IMG/VR virus record: IMGVR_UViG_3300045977_000087
DNA length: 64,000 nucleotides
From: a virus
Lineage: Duplodnaviria > Heunggongvirae > Uroviricota > Caudoviricetes
Strand: one strand, 5' to 3'
Position numbers and translations under genes: made by a program
Notes under the pieces: model-generated
What the model was told of the DNA's origin: nothing
The model's input: only the letters and a program-made list of their open reading frames with translations
Database searches by the model: none
Part shown: positions 56,363 to 64,000 of the stretch, in pieces
Layout of the letters: each line of letters begins with the position of its first letter
Position numbering within the stretch: position 1 is the first letter of the stretch

Positions 56363-56692
56363 TTGTCTTCTTCTGTAGAGGTTGTAGGGATGCACCAAAG
56401 GAAGAAACACATGGAAAGGAAATACTTCTTTGTAAAAGACCTAATGGACACTCTCTCCTTATCAAGGAGAGAAGTCCACAGGCTTATTCATCAGACTCTT
56501 GACAATCCTACCAAACACTTTGATGGAAGCTTCAAGCTTACAAGACAAGAGTTTAAGAAAGTTGTTAATGCTGGTGAGATGATAACTCCACCCCTTAAAA
56601 TAGTTTATGTACATACTCATACTGTTTGGGAAATCTATGAGAGTAAAATGAATTACATGGATGTTGGGGATTGGATTAAAGAGGAAGCTTAG
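56363..56692 (+). CDS. Hypothetical protein (last plus-strand gene)
   Basis: 109-aa ORF ending inside the bidirectional terminator. Its start is ambiguous against the overlapping ORF 56275-56502. Confidence 0.35.
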   Translation: MSSSVEVVGMHQRKKHMERKYFFVKDLMDTLSLSRREVHRLIHQTLDNPTKHFDGSFKLTRQEFKKVVNAGEMITPPLKIVYVHTHTVWEIYESKMNYMDVGDWIKEEA

Positions 56693-56714
56693 GCTTCCTC
56701 TTTCTTTTTTTTCC
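56680..56714. terminator. Bidirectional rho-independent terminator between convergent transcription units
   Basis: Stem agaggaagc/gcttcctct, loop tta. It is flanked by a T-run on the plus strand and an A-rich stretch upstream, giving a T-run on the minus strand. Confidence 0.65.
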
Positions 56715-56729
56715 TCTTGATTAGCAGGG

Positions 56730-59700
56730 CTATTCTTCAGGTGTGCCATCATCAAGTTTCTCCAAGTAAGTATCAAGCTTGTTTTCATAGTAATCTAAAG
56801 GGTCAGTACCAATTAGATTTTGGTTTTGGTCATAGTAGCTTCTGATATTAGCAGGCATGTTTCTGTTAAGCAGTTTCTCAGCTCTTCTCTTAATCCTTGC
56901 TTTTACCTTTTCTAACTTAGCTGGGTTATCTTTGTACTTGTCAAAATCAACCTTTGCTTCCAAGGCTTCTATAAGCTTTTGCTTATACTCTTTTCTTTGT
57001 TTCTTAATCTTGGCCTTATCACCCTTGAAGTCAGACTGCATCCAGTAATCTACCCACTCATCAGTCTTGTACTCTTTCTTCATAATGCTTCCAAACCCAA
57101 ACTTAAATGGGTCTCCTTCAAGTACATCTTTAAAGATTGCAGGGACAAAGTTGTTTCTGAACTTCTTAGCAGCAAAAGATTTACCAGCATCAATACCTGT
57201 GGCAATTTCATCCTCACCTTTGATTACCTCTCTAATCCAGGTTTCATTGACATCTTCTGCTGCTGACCTCCATCTATCTAACATTTGTACTCCACCTATC
57301 ATACTTACCATTTCAACAGGGTCATGCCACATTACTCCACTTGAAAGAAGACTGGTTATTTGATTTTCTAATAAGTTATACCAAGTTTTATCTTTCTCAC
57401 TAACATAGTTAGGGTTAGGTACTTTCTTACCATTCACAATGATTTTCTCAGGTTCATCATCATCTCCTCCTCCCATCATTGCTTTAACCAGTAGTTTAAC
57501 CCAAAGGATAGTAAGCAATCCTGCACACTCATTAACAAGGAATCTTAGGTTTTGTTTTTCCTCCTCAGTTAAGTTTAAGTTTGTAGGCTGCATAGACTTA
57601 ATTGCCATCTTACCTGTAGCTGTTGTTGATATTGTATTTACAGGTATGCTTACTACCTTATGTAGTATTGCTCCAATCATGAACAAACCTTGTTGTAAAG
57701 TCTTGACATTCTCTGTGTCTTTACCCCTATACTTAGCCCATGCTGCAAGTCCTGTATAACCTACAATCCCAGCTCCAGCTAAAGCTAGTGGGGCAAGTCC
57801 TGCTGTAGTTACACCTGCAACTGTTGCTAAGGTAGCAATACCTACCATACCTGCTACTCTTGTCTTACCACTTTTAAGGGCCCCTACATAAGCTCCATCA
57901 AAATCTTTAAGCCCAAGGTTAATATTCTTTTGGTTTGTACCTAATCTAAGCAGTGCCTGTTTTGATACCCAAGTCTTGAACATCATATATGCTTTACCAA
58001 CTAGTGTACTCTTAGCAAAAGTACTTCCAAGTTTAGAGTAGTCACCATTAAGAAAAGCTATGGTATCTGATATATACCTTTTGTTCTGGCTTGCTTCAGT
58101 GGAAGTAAAGTCTTCCCAAGTCTTTTTGTTTGCTTCAGTATCAAAACCAGGTTTAAGCTGCATTCTTCCATCCACAACCTCAAAGGCAGGAAAGCCTCCT
58201 CCATCAAATACTTTAACTTTAAGTGGGTCACCATTACTATCTTTCTTTGTGGCATGTTCTATCTCCATACCCTGCATCATAGATAGGATTTGAGGAACCT
58301 GATTATGCCACTCCACTACTTCAACAAGGTGAAAAGGACTTAACTTTGAGACCACACTTCTGATACCTGACTTTCTTCTTGCTCTGTCTATCTCATTGGT
58401 GTTATCCTGAATCACATCCATTCTTTCTATTAGCAGCTTGCATATCAGCATCTGTCTTGCATAGTCTGAACCTGGAACCAGGGAGAGTATTCTCTTATTG
58501 ACAAAAGCATTTGAGGTATAAAAGGCTCCTTCTGGCCAATATCTTCCTGTGTCATTAATCATACCTGATAACCAACCCTGAGCTCTGTTTGTAATCTGAG
58601 ACTTTGGATTCCATGCTAAGACAGTATAGATAATCCTCTTGTTGAAAAGGACATTAAGCATAGCCTCTATACTAGGGTCTTTCCCCATGTCTTCTATAAG
58701 GTTCTTAGTGGCAGTAATCTTACCATCTATTTCTTTCTGTTTCTTAGGGTCTGTTTCTTTGGCAAGCTTATCCTCAAGGAACTTCTGATATTCTCTGGCT
58801 TCCTGCACCATTTCTTTCTCACCTTCATTGTATATCTTAAAGCCTTTATATCTAATAGTTCCCCAACTCTCAGTTCCAGCAGTTCCTTTTACTTCTTTGT
58901 TTATCCAATAATTCATTCTTACCATACCAAGTATTCTCTTGTCTTCAATACCCAGCTTTCCTCTTATGAATCTTATCATCCTGCTTTTTAAAGCTTCTTT
59001 ATCCTCACCTTCATACTTGCTTTTCAGTTGGATACTGTTATACAAATCTTTCATAAGCAGTACTTCAGGAAGAGCTTCTCTTTGAGCTTTGTACTCAGAT
59101 ACAATATCCAGGTAAGCTTTCATCATCAAGGGCAAGTTGAAAGTCTGTTCCTCCATAACATTATGGGTAACATACTCTCTAAGGCTTTTCATGTTTAAAG
59201 TGGAACCTACATCTGCCATTAGTTCATTAGCATTCTTACCTGTAATCTGTTTGAGTATTGCCTCAGTTTCTGGCTTCAATGTTTTCAAACTGAAAAAACT
59301 CTTGGCGTCTAAAATCCTACCTTCAGCCCTGCTGAGTTGCATTTTGTAGTATTCCATCTGCTTGCTTACTTCAGCCTCAATGGTTTCAATGCCTTGTTTA
59401 CTAACTGCATTTCTATCATTAGGGTCAACCTTTTCAGCCTTACTTGAGATGGCATTCTTAATGGTCTGCTTAGTTTCACCAAGCAGCCCCACTCCTGCAC
59501 TAAGAACCCCACCCTCTTTACTGTATAGTAAATCAGTGAAGCTTTTTGTCATTCTAAGTAGGGAGTTATGGTTCAAGTATGTCTGTGCATCATTAACCCC
59601 TTCATTGATATATCTTGTACTTTCATTAAGTACATTCCAAAATTCAAGTAGAGGGGTATTCTTCATCACAGTTTCAAAGTTACTGTCATAGTACCCTGAA

Positions 59701-61709
59701 TCCTGTTGTACATCCTGAAGAGTTATAGGGTCAGCCATAGCTAATTCAGCCTTAGGTATAAAGCTGTTGTACTTAATTCTTGACTGATATTGCTGGCCCT
59801 GAGTACCATAACTTATCCTTCCTCCCTGGTCACTGTTGTGAGACTTAATCAATTCAAAAGGATTGGTTCTCATCAGGTAGATGTTAAGGTCATCAAGCTC
59901 ATCCAAAGGAAGTTGGTTAGCACTTGCTATTGGATTGTTAGGGTTCTTTGCATTATATTTATCTACCCTTGCTTGTATCTCTTGAGCAGAGTTGGTTATA
60001 AAATCTCTAAGGTATTCTATCTGTTCTCCTACTATTTCTTCATAGGCATGGTCCCCAAGTCTTTTTCTAAGTTCCTCACTATATGCCTGTGATGTGGTAT
60101 CATCACTGAAGTATCTTTCAAACTTTGCTCTAAGCCCAGGCTCAGCTATGAATTCTGGTAGGTTCTGGATTTCAGGTAATGATTGAAGCTGTATGAAATC
60201 AGTGTGATGGCTTAGCCAATTATATTTTTTAATCAGTAAAGGGTTTATCTCTTTAAGCTGTTGGGTAGCATAGGCTTTAGCCAAGGCTCCTGCATTCTCT
60301 CTTTGGAATGCTGCAATTGTGGTAAACCACTTGTGGCTGAACCTTTGGATTAAACCTCCTGTTTTATTACCCCTTGCTGTCTTTTGATAAAACAAATCAT
60401 AGCTTACCTCACTAAGTCTTGTCTTATTAAACATATATGACAAGCCATAACCTAACTTAACAAGTTCTGCTTTAGCCTTATCCATCTTGTTGTTTATCTC
60501 CTGTATATGCTTAGCAGCTATGGATTTATTTCTGTCCCTTGCCTCCTCTACCATGTTTCTGATAATCTGAGATATCAAAGGCTCTGCTCCAGTATAGCTG
60601 TCCTCTACTGTAGCTGTTAACATACTCAGAACATCAATATCTTTTTGGTCTTTAAGCAGTTCCTCAGTAATGGCTTTAGCTTCCATGGTAGGAAAGAGGC
60701 TCTTAATCTTAGGGGTTTTCTCAATAGCCTCAGTCAGGTATGCCTTCTTAGCATCAAACAAAGCTGTTTCAAGGTCATTGAGGTCTTTCTTAAGACTGTT
60801 TAACATCTCCTTAACCTCATCAGGTATCTTCTCTATGTCACCTTTCTTACTGACTTTCACAAACTTGTTATTCTTGTTTCTGCTACTGTAATTAGTAATT
60901 AAGTCCACATAGTTGATAATAGCTTCTGCTTGATTGATGTAAGTAATTGAAGGCTTAGAAGAGGCCAAGAGTTTCATTGCATTAGAAATATCTTGTCTCA
61001 ACATGAGCTCTACTCTGGCTTGAGTGTCAGGGTCATCCTTAAGGTAACCTATCTCTTTATTAAGGTCCTCTACTAACCTTTCCAATTCTATCTTAGCATC
61101 CTGAAGTAAAGGGTCATCATCAAGTCTTTTACTTGCTCTTACCTGAGCCAATCTTGATTCAGCTTCTTTCAATGCCAACTTCTTGTACTCCACAACATCA
61201 GTATATGCCACAGGATTATAACTCTGAGAAGTAGGATGAAAGTGCATTCTTCCTGTAGAGTTATTTTGTATTGCTGCATCTCTGTCTGCCTTGGAAGGAA
61301 AGACTTCCCCAGCATATACATAATCACCTCTGTCAGCAGCAGCCTGCACTTCAGCTTCCTCTCTTCTCCAGGCATCAATTATATCCTGGTTATGCTTAGC
61401 AACAGGAATCCTGTCTTCATACAAACCCATTTCCATTCTCTTCTGGTCTATAGCATCAAAGACTTTCTGTATAGGTTCTGCTCTGAACCCTACCTGAGAG
61501 TTGGCACCATTAGCAGTAACAAACTCAAACATGTGATTAAACTCAAGACCATAGTTGGACTTGAGAGCTTTGAGTAACCTCTGCTCCATTTCCCTGAAAG
61601 CATCTGTCTGCTTAAAGGGAACTATTCTGAGGTCCTGAAGCAAACCTGCATCAACAAAGCTTTTCAGTGTGTTCTTTACTGATTCTTTATGTTCTAACTT
61701 ACATGACAT
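56730..61709 (-). CDS. Giant virion protein, tape-measure-like (1659 aa)
   Basis: Long coiled-coil-rich protein. Internal Gly/Ala-rich hydrophobic segment (GMVGIATLATVAGVTTAGLAPLALAGAGIVGYTGLAAWA) is typical of tape-measure proteins. Minus strand, contiguous with the structural genes if the genome is circular or permuted. Confidence 0.4.
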   Translation of the reverse strand: MSCKLEHKESVKNTLKSFVDAGLLQDLRIVPFKQTDAFREMEQRLLKALKSNYGLEFNHMFEFVTANGANSQVGFRAEPIQKVFDAIDQKRMEMGLYEDRIPVAKHNQDIIDAWRREEAEVQAAADRGDYVYAGEVFPSKADRDAAIQNNSTGRMHFHPTSQSYNPVAYTDVVEYKKLALKEAESRLAQVRASKRLDDDPLLQDAKIELERLVEDLNKEIGYLKDDPDTQARVELMLRQDISNAMKLLASSKPSITYINQAEAIINYVDLITNYSSRNKNNKFVKVSKKGDIEKIPDEVKEMLNSLKKDLNDLETALFDAKKAYLTEAIEKTPKIKSLFPTMEAKAITEELLKDQKDIDVLSMLTATVEDSYTGAEPLISQIIRNMVEEARDRNKSIAAKHIQEINNKMDKAKAELVKLGYGLSYMFNKTRLSEVSYDLFYQKTARGNKTGGLIQRFSHKWFTTIAAFQRENAGALAKAYATQQLKEINPLLIKKYNWLSHHTDFIQLQSLPEIQNLPEFIAEPGLRAKFERYFSDDTTSQAYSEELRKRLGDHAYEEIVGEQIEYLRDFITNSAQEIQARVDKYNAKNPNNPIASANQLPLDELDDLNIYLMRTNPFELIKSHNSDQGGRISYGTQGQQYQSRIKYNSFIPKAELAMADPITLQDVQQDSGYYDSNFETVMKNTPLLEFWNVLNESTRYINEGVNDAQTYLNHNSLLRMTKSFTDLLYSKEGGVLSAGVGLLGETKQTIKNAISSKAEKVDPNDRNAVSKQGIETIEAEVSKQMEYYKMQLSRAEGRILDAKSFFSLKTLKPETEAILKQITGKNANELMADVGSTLNMKSLREYVTHNVMEEQTFNLPLMMKAYLDIVSEYKAQREALPEVLLMKDLYNSIQLKSKYEGEDKEALKSRMIRFIRGKLGIEDKRILGMVRMNYWINKEVKGTAGTESWGTIRYKGFKIYNEGEKEMVQEAREYQKFLEDKLAKETDPKKQKEIDGKITATKNLIEDMGKDPSIEAMLNVLFNKRIIYTVLAWNPKSQITNRAQGWLSGMINDTGRYWPEGAFYTSNAFVNKRILSLVPGSDYARQMLICKLLIERMDVIQDNTNEIDRARRKSGIRSVVSKLSPFHLVEVVEWHNQVPQILSMMQGMEIEHATKKDSNGDPLKVKVFDGGGFPAFEVVDGRMQLKPGFDTEANKKTWEDFTSTEASQNKRYISDTIAFLNGDYSKLGSTFAKSTLVGKAYMMFKTWVSKQALLRLGTNQKNINLGLKDFDGAYVGALKSGKTRVAGMVGIATLATVAGVTTAGLAPLALAGAGIVGYTGLAAWAKYRGKDTENVKTLQQGLFMIGAILHKVVSIPVNTISTTATGKMAIKSMQPTNLNLTEEEKQNLRFLVNECAGLLTILWVKLLVKAMMGGGDDDEPEKIIVNGKKVPNPNYVSEKDKTWYNLLENQITSLLSSGVMWHDPVEMVSMIGGVQMLDRWRSAAEDVNETWIREVIKGEDEIATGIDAGKSFAAKKFRNNFVPAIFKDVLEGDPFKFGFGSIMKKEYKTDEWVDYWMQSDFKGDKAKIKKQRKEYKQKLIEALEAKVDFDKYKDNPAKLEKVKARIKRRAEKLLNRNMPANIRSYYDQNQNLIGTDPLDYYENKLDTYLEKLDDGTPEE

Positions 61710-61720
61710 AATCTTAAGTT

Positions 61721-64000
61721 TTAAATTGGTAAGCCACCCTCACAAGGAAGCTTGGTTTCTTTCTCATTTACAAAGGTATCATAATCTTCTTTACTTTCAA
61801 TTCTTGGACTCATAGGAGGCATAGTTTCTCCTCTGGCCTTACCTTCTTCAAGGTTAGTAGAAAGGTTACTGCCTAAAGGTGCTGTCCCACCAAGGGCATT
61901 ACCTACAGCATTAAATATTTTCTCATGTGCAAGCTGGTCTTCAAACTTAATAGTTGAAGGGAGTTTAGGCATACCTGCTGTGGCATCATCCTCAACAGCT
62001 CTTCTGCCTTTATGTTCTTCTTCAACAAACCTCATAGCAGCTACAAAGGAAGCATGAGATAGTGTATCCTTTTCAATACTTAAAGCTTCAAGCAGTTTAT
62101 AGAAACTATCCATAATCTTATCAATGATAGTCTTACCTGATTTTTTATAAGGAACCTGATTGTAATGTTGTTGAAATTCTCTTGATTGTAAAGCAGCCTG
62201 AGTAAATTCAAAGATGTCAAGTAAAGGATAGAGTAATGTTTCCTCATGTATCCCTGCTTCCTTATCTTCAATAAGACCTACATTCTCACCATTTCTCATT
62301 CTGATTACTTTATCCCTAACAACCTGAACCTTAACAGGGTCAGATTGTCTTATGGCTTCCTGCCATACCATATGTAATTCAACAACATGTTGAGGTATAG
62401 TTATACCAGTTTTAAACTTAGTGGCAAAACCATTTTCATCATAGTCATAGTATTTCTCAAGCTCCTTAGTTGTCAGAGAGTGCATGGCCTCATGCATAAA
62501 GGTCACCACCATATTTGTGGATGCTGTACTGTTGATATAGATGGTATCATTGTTATTAGTGGTATCATATATACCCTGTACTTCTCCTCCCATAATAGGT
62601 GTGGTACTTTCCACTACCTTAACCTGAGTACCTGTCTGGCTTATGATAGGAAGTAATGCTCCTGCTAAAGCTTTATACTGAGCAATAGCTGGTATCTCAC
62701 TTTTAGATATGTCATTAAGAATATCTGTAGCAGGTCTGTTTGTAATCATAAAGTCAGCAGCAGTAGGTGCCTCAACTACAGGCCCTACCTGAGTAACAAC
62801 AGGAATGGCAGGTGCAGTCTTCTTAGTTTTGGTAACTAATGATGTGGCATTCTTGTTCTCAGACTGATACTCATTCATACCATGTACCCCAAGAGTAGGG
62901 ATAAGTACATAAGCCCCACCTCCTATATGCTTGTATAAATCAACTTTATCCTTTTTGTTTTTTGATTTTCCTTTAGAGTTAATAGTAAAGAAAGCAGGTA
63001 GCTTTTCAGCCACAAGAGTTGCTTTACCCTCATCTCTTTTACTAAGGTCAAGATTCTTATCCTTAGTCTGATACTTTTTAACCTTATCAGGATTGTGTTG
63101 GAAGAACTGTGTAATGAAAGGATTGGTAACTATACCTCTATCCTTATCAGATGTACTGTGTTCTCCAAGCATTGTTTCAAATACTTTTCCACTTCTGTTT
63201 GGGTTAAGTCTTTGGAACTTCTCAAGTGCTGTAACAAATCTTCCTTCTGCTTCCTCATATCTTCCTACCTCTTTGAGGTATTCTAAAGGAACATATTTAA
63301 TAAACTGAATAGCTTCCTGTACTCCTCCCTCAAGGTAAGCATAGCTTATTAACTCTTGGGCAAGCATCTTAGTAGTCATTGGTTTACCATTTAAAGGAGG
63401 AAGTTCTTTCTCATCCAATATCATTTCAGCAAAGGCTGTGTACAGGTATTTCTCCTCAAGGTCATCACTTGTGGTATTGTTGTACCTTACTGTGGAAGGC
63501 ATTCCATTAGTTTGAAGGTCATAGGTAAACCTTGCAAGCAACTTGTTTTGTGCAAGGTTCTCATGTCTTTGATTCTCACTCATATAGCTTGCTAAAGACT
63601 GTTGCTGATTTTCACCTTTAACCACATCAAAGAACAGTCTTTGTCTTTCCACTTCAGGGTTTTCTGTGAAGATACCAAAGTAGTTTGAAGAGTAGATGTA
63701 TTTTTTAATCTCTCTGTATATCTCATGCTTAGCTTCAATAAGCTTCTCAGTCTTATCAATATCTACAGTACTTTCCTTAATGATTGTGTCCACTATGTTT
63801 TTAAAGTGTGGGTCTTCATAAGGGAAGAAGTCTGACCATAAATCATAACCAAGGGTTATACCTGTAGCTATCATTTTACCTTGTGGGGTAGTTGGAAGGA
63901 TGTAGTAGTTTTTAGTCTGGATATAATCCTTACCAGGTTTACCCTCTGCAACAGGAATGTAGATACCTACAAGCTTAGTGGCATTACTCATTACATCAGT
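61721..64000 (-). CDS. Large virion-associated protein, 5'-partial (start beyond the window end), with HExxH motif
   Basis: More than 756 aa and open to the window edge. Contains FMHEAMHSL, a possible zinc-metallopeptidase motif. Confidence 0.4.
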   Translation of the reverse strand, partial: TDVMSNATKLVGIYIPVAEGKPGKDYIQTKNYYILPTTPQGKMIATGITLGYDLWSDFFPYEDPHFKNIVDTIIKESTVDIDKTEKLIEAKHEIYREIKKYIYSSNYFGIFTENPEVERQRLFFDVVKGENQQQSLASYMSENQRHENLAQNKLLARFTYDLQTNGMPSTVRYNNTTSDDLEEKYLYTAFAEMILDEKELPPLNGKPMTTKMLAQELISYAYLEGGVQEAIQFIKYVPLEYLKEVGRYEEAEGRFVTALEKFQRLNPNRSGKVFETMLGEHSTSDKDRGIVTNPFITQFFQHNPDKVKKYQTKDKNLDLSKRDEGKATLVAEKLPAFFTINSKGKSKNKKDKVDLYKHIGGGAYVLIPTLGVHGMNEYQSENKNATSLVTKTKKTAPAIPVVTQVGPVVEAPTAADFMITNRPATDILNDISKSEIPAIAQYKALAGALLPIISQTGTQVKVVESTTPIMGGEVQGIYDTTNNNDTIYINSTASTNMVVTFMHEAMHSLTTKELEKYYDYDENGFATKFKTGITIPQHVVELHMVWQEAIRQSDPVKVQVVRDKVIRMRNGENVGLIEDKEAGIHEETLLYPLLDIFEFTQAALQSREFQQHYNQVPYKKSGKTIIDKIMDSFYKLLEALSIEKDTLSHASFVAAMRFVEEEHKGRRAVEDDATAGMPKLPSTIKFEDQLAHEKIFNAVGNALGGTAPLGSNLSTNLEEGKARGETMPPMSPRIESKEDYDTFVNEKETKLPCEGGLPI

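Noticed and set aside
56857-61577. Plus-strand ORFs antisense to the 1659-aa minus-strand gene (56857-57759, 58060-58293, 59137-60092, 60670-60891, 61236-61577)
   Set aside because: Hydrophobic or Ser/Leu-rich antisense translations of a long, uninterrupted minus-strand ORF.
1-64000. CRISPR arrays, rRNA genes, integrase / site-specific recombinase, transposase
   Set aside because: No regularly spaced direct repeats. No rRNA-like conserved stretches. No ORF with tyrosine-recombinase (R..H..R..Y), serine-recombinase or DDE motifs was recognised. The only repeated elements are the promoter-like motif, the paralogous genes and the similar terminators.

Overview
This 64-kb window is a dsDNA tailed-phage (or prophage) genome segment of about 38% GC. 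Nearly all of it is protein-coding, arranged in three blocks.

(1) 1-15855, minus strand: late/virion module. In transcription order: a possible small-terminase candidate, terminase large subunit (TerL), portal, acidic scaffold, a putative major capsid protein, an HNH endonuclease, and further virion proteins. A run of small tightly coupled ORFs lies upstream (15418-13529).

(2) 15856-56700, plus strand: a long early/middle region that starts at a divergent intergenic region and holds about 70 genes.
- Tandem-triplicated small paralogs, each with its own promoter-like motif and hairpin terminator.
- A secreted protein / lipoprotein / outer-membrane-like protein cluster.
- A second triplicated paralog family.
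- Many membrane and hypothetical proteins, and two tRNA-like elements.
- A replication and nucleotide-metabolism block: family-A DNA polymerase, SF2 helicase, DnaB-like ATPase, Sak4-like ATPase, primase-like protein, uracil-DNA glycosylase, PD-(D/E)xK nuclease, dNMP kinase, metallophosphoesterase, MazG-like protein.
- A 1027-aa cysteine-rich repeat protein with a signal peptide and a type IX secretion system (T9SS) C-terminal sorting domain. This points to a Bacteroidota host.

(3) 56730-64000, minus strand: two giant virion-type proteins, one tape-measure-like of 1659 aa and a 5'-partial ORF carrying an HExxH motif.

The most notable element is a four-gene, tightly overlapping operon at 42846-46677, inside the replication module. 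It has the gene order and motifs of a bacterial ubiquitin-like conjugation (Bil/Bub-type) system:
- a candidate Ubl protein that ends in Gly;
- a UBC-like E2 with an HPF..G.FCLG..LL active-site motif;
- a JAB/MPN (JAMM) peptidase with E..HIHSH..S..D;
- a ThiF/MoeB-type E1 with GGAGGIGS...DFD.IE.HNL..Q and an APCTMK catalytic-cysteine motif.

A conserved promoter-like motif, GGGCAACCCCCTAnTT(T/A)AT, recurs at least 7 times upstream of plus-strand early genes. No integrase, CRISPR array or rRNA was seen.
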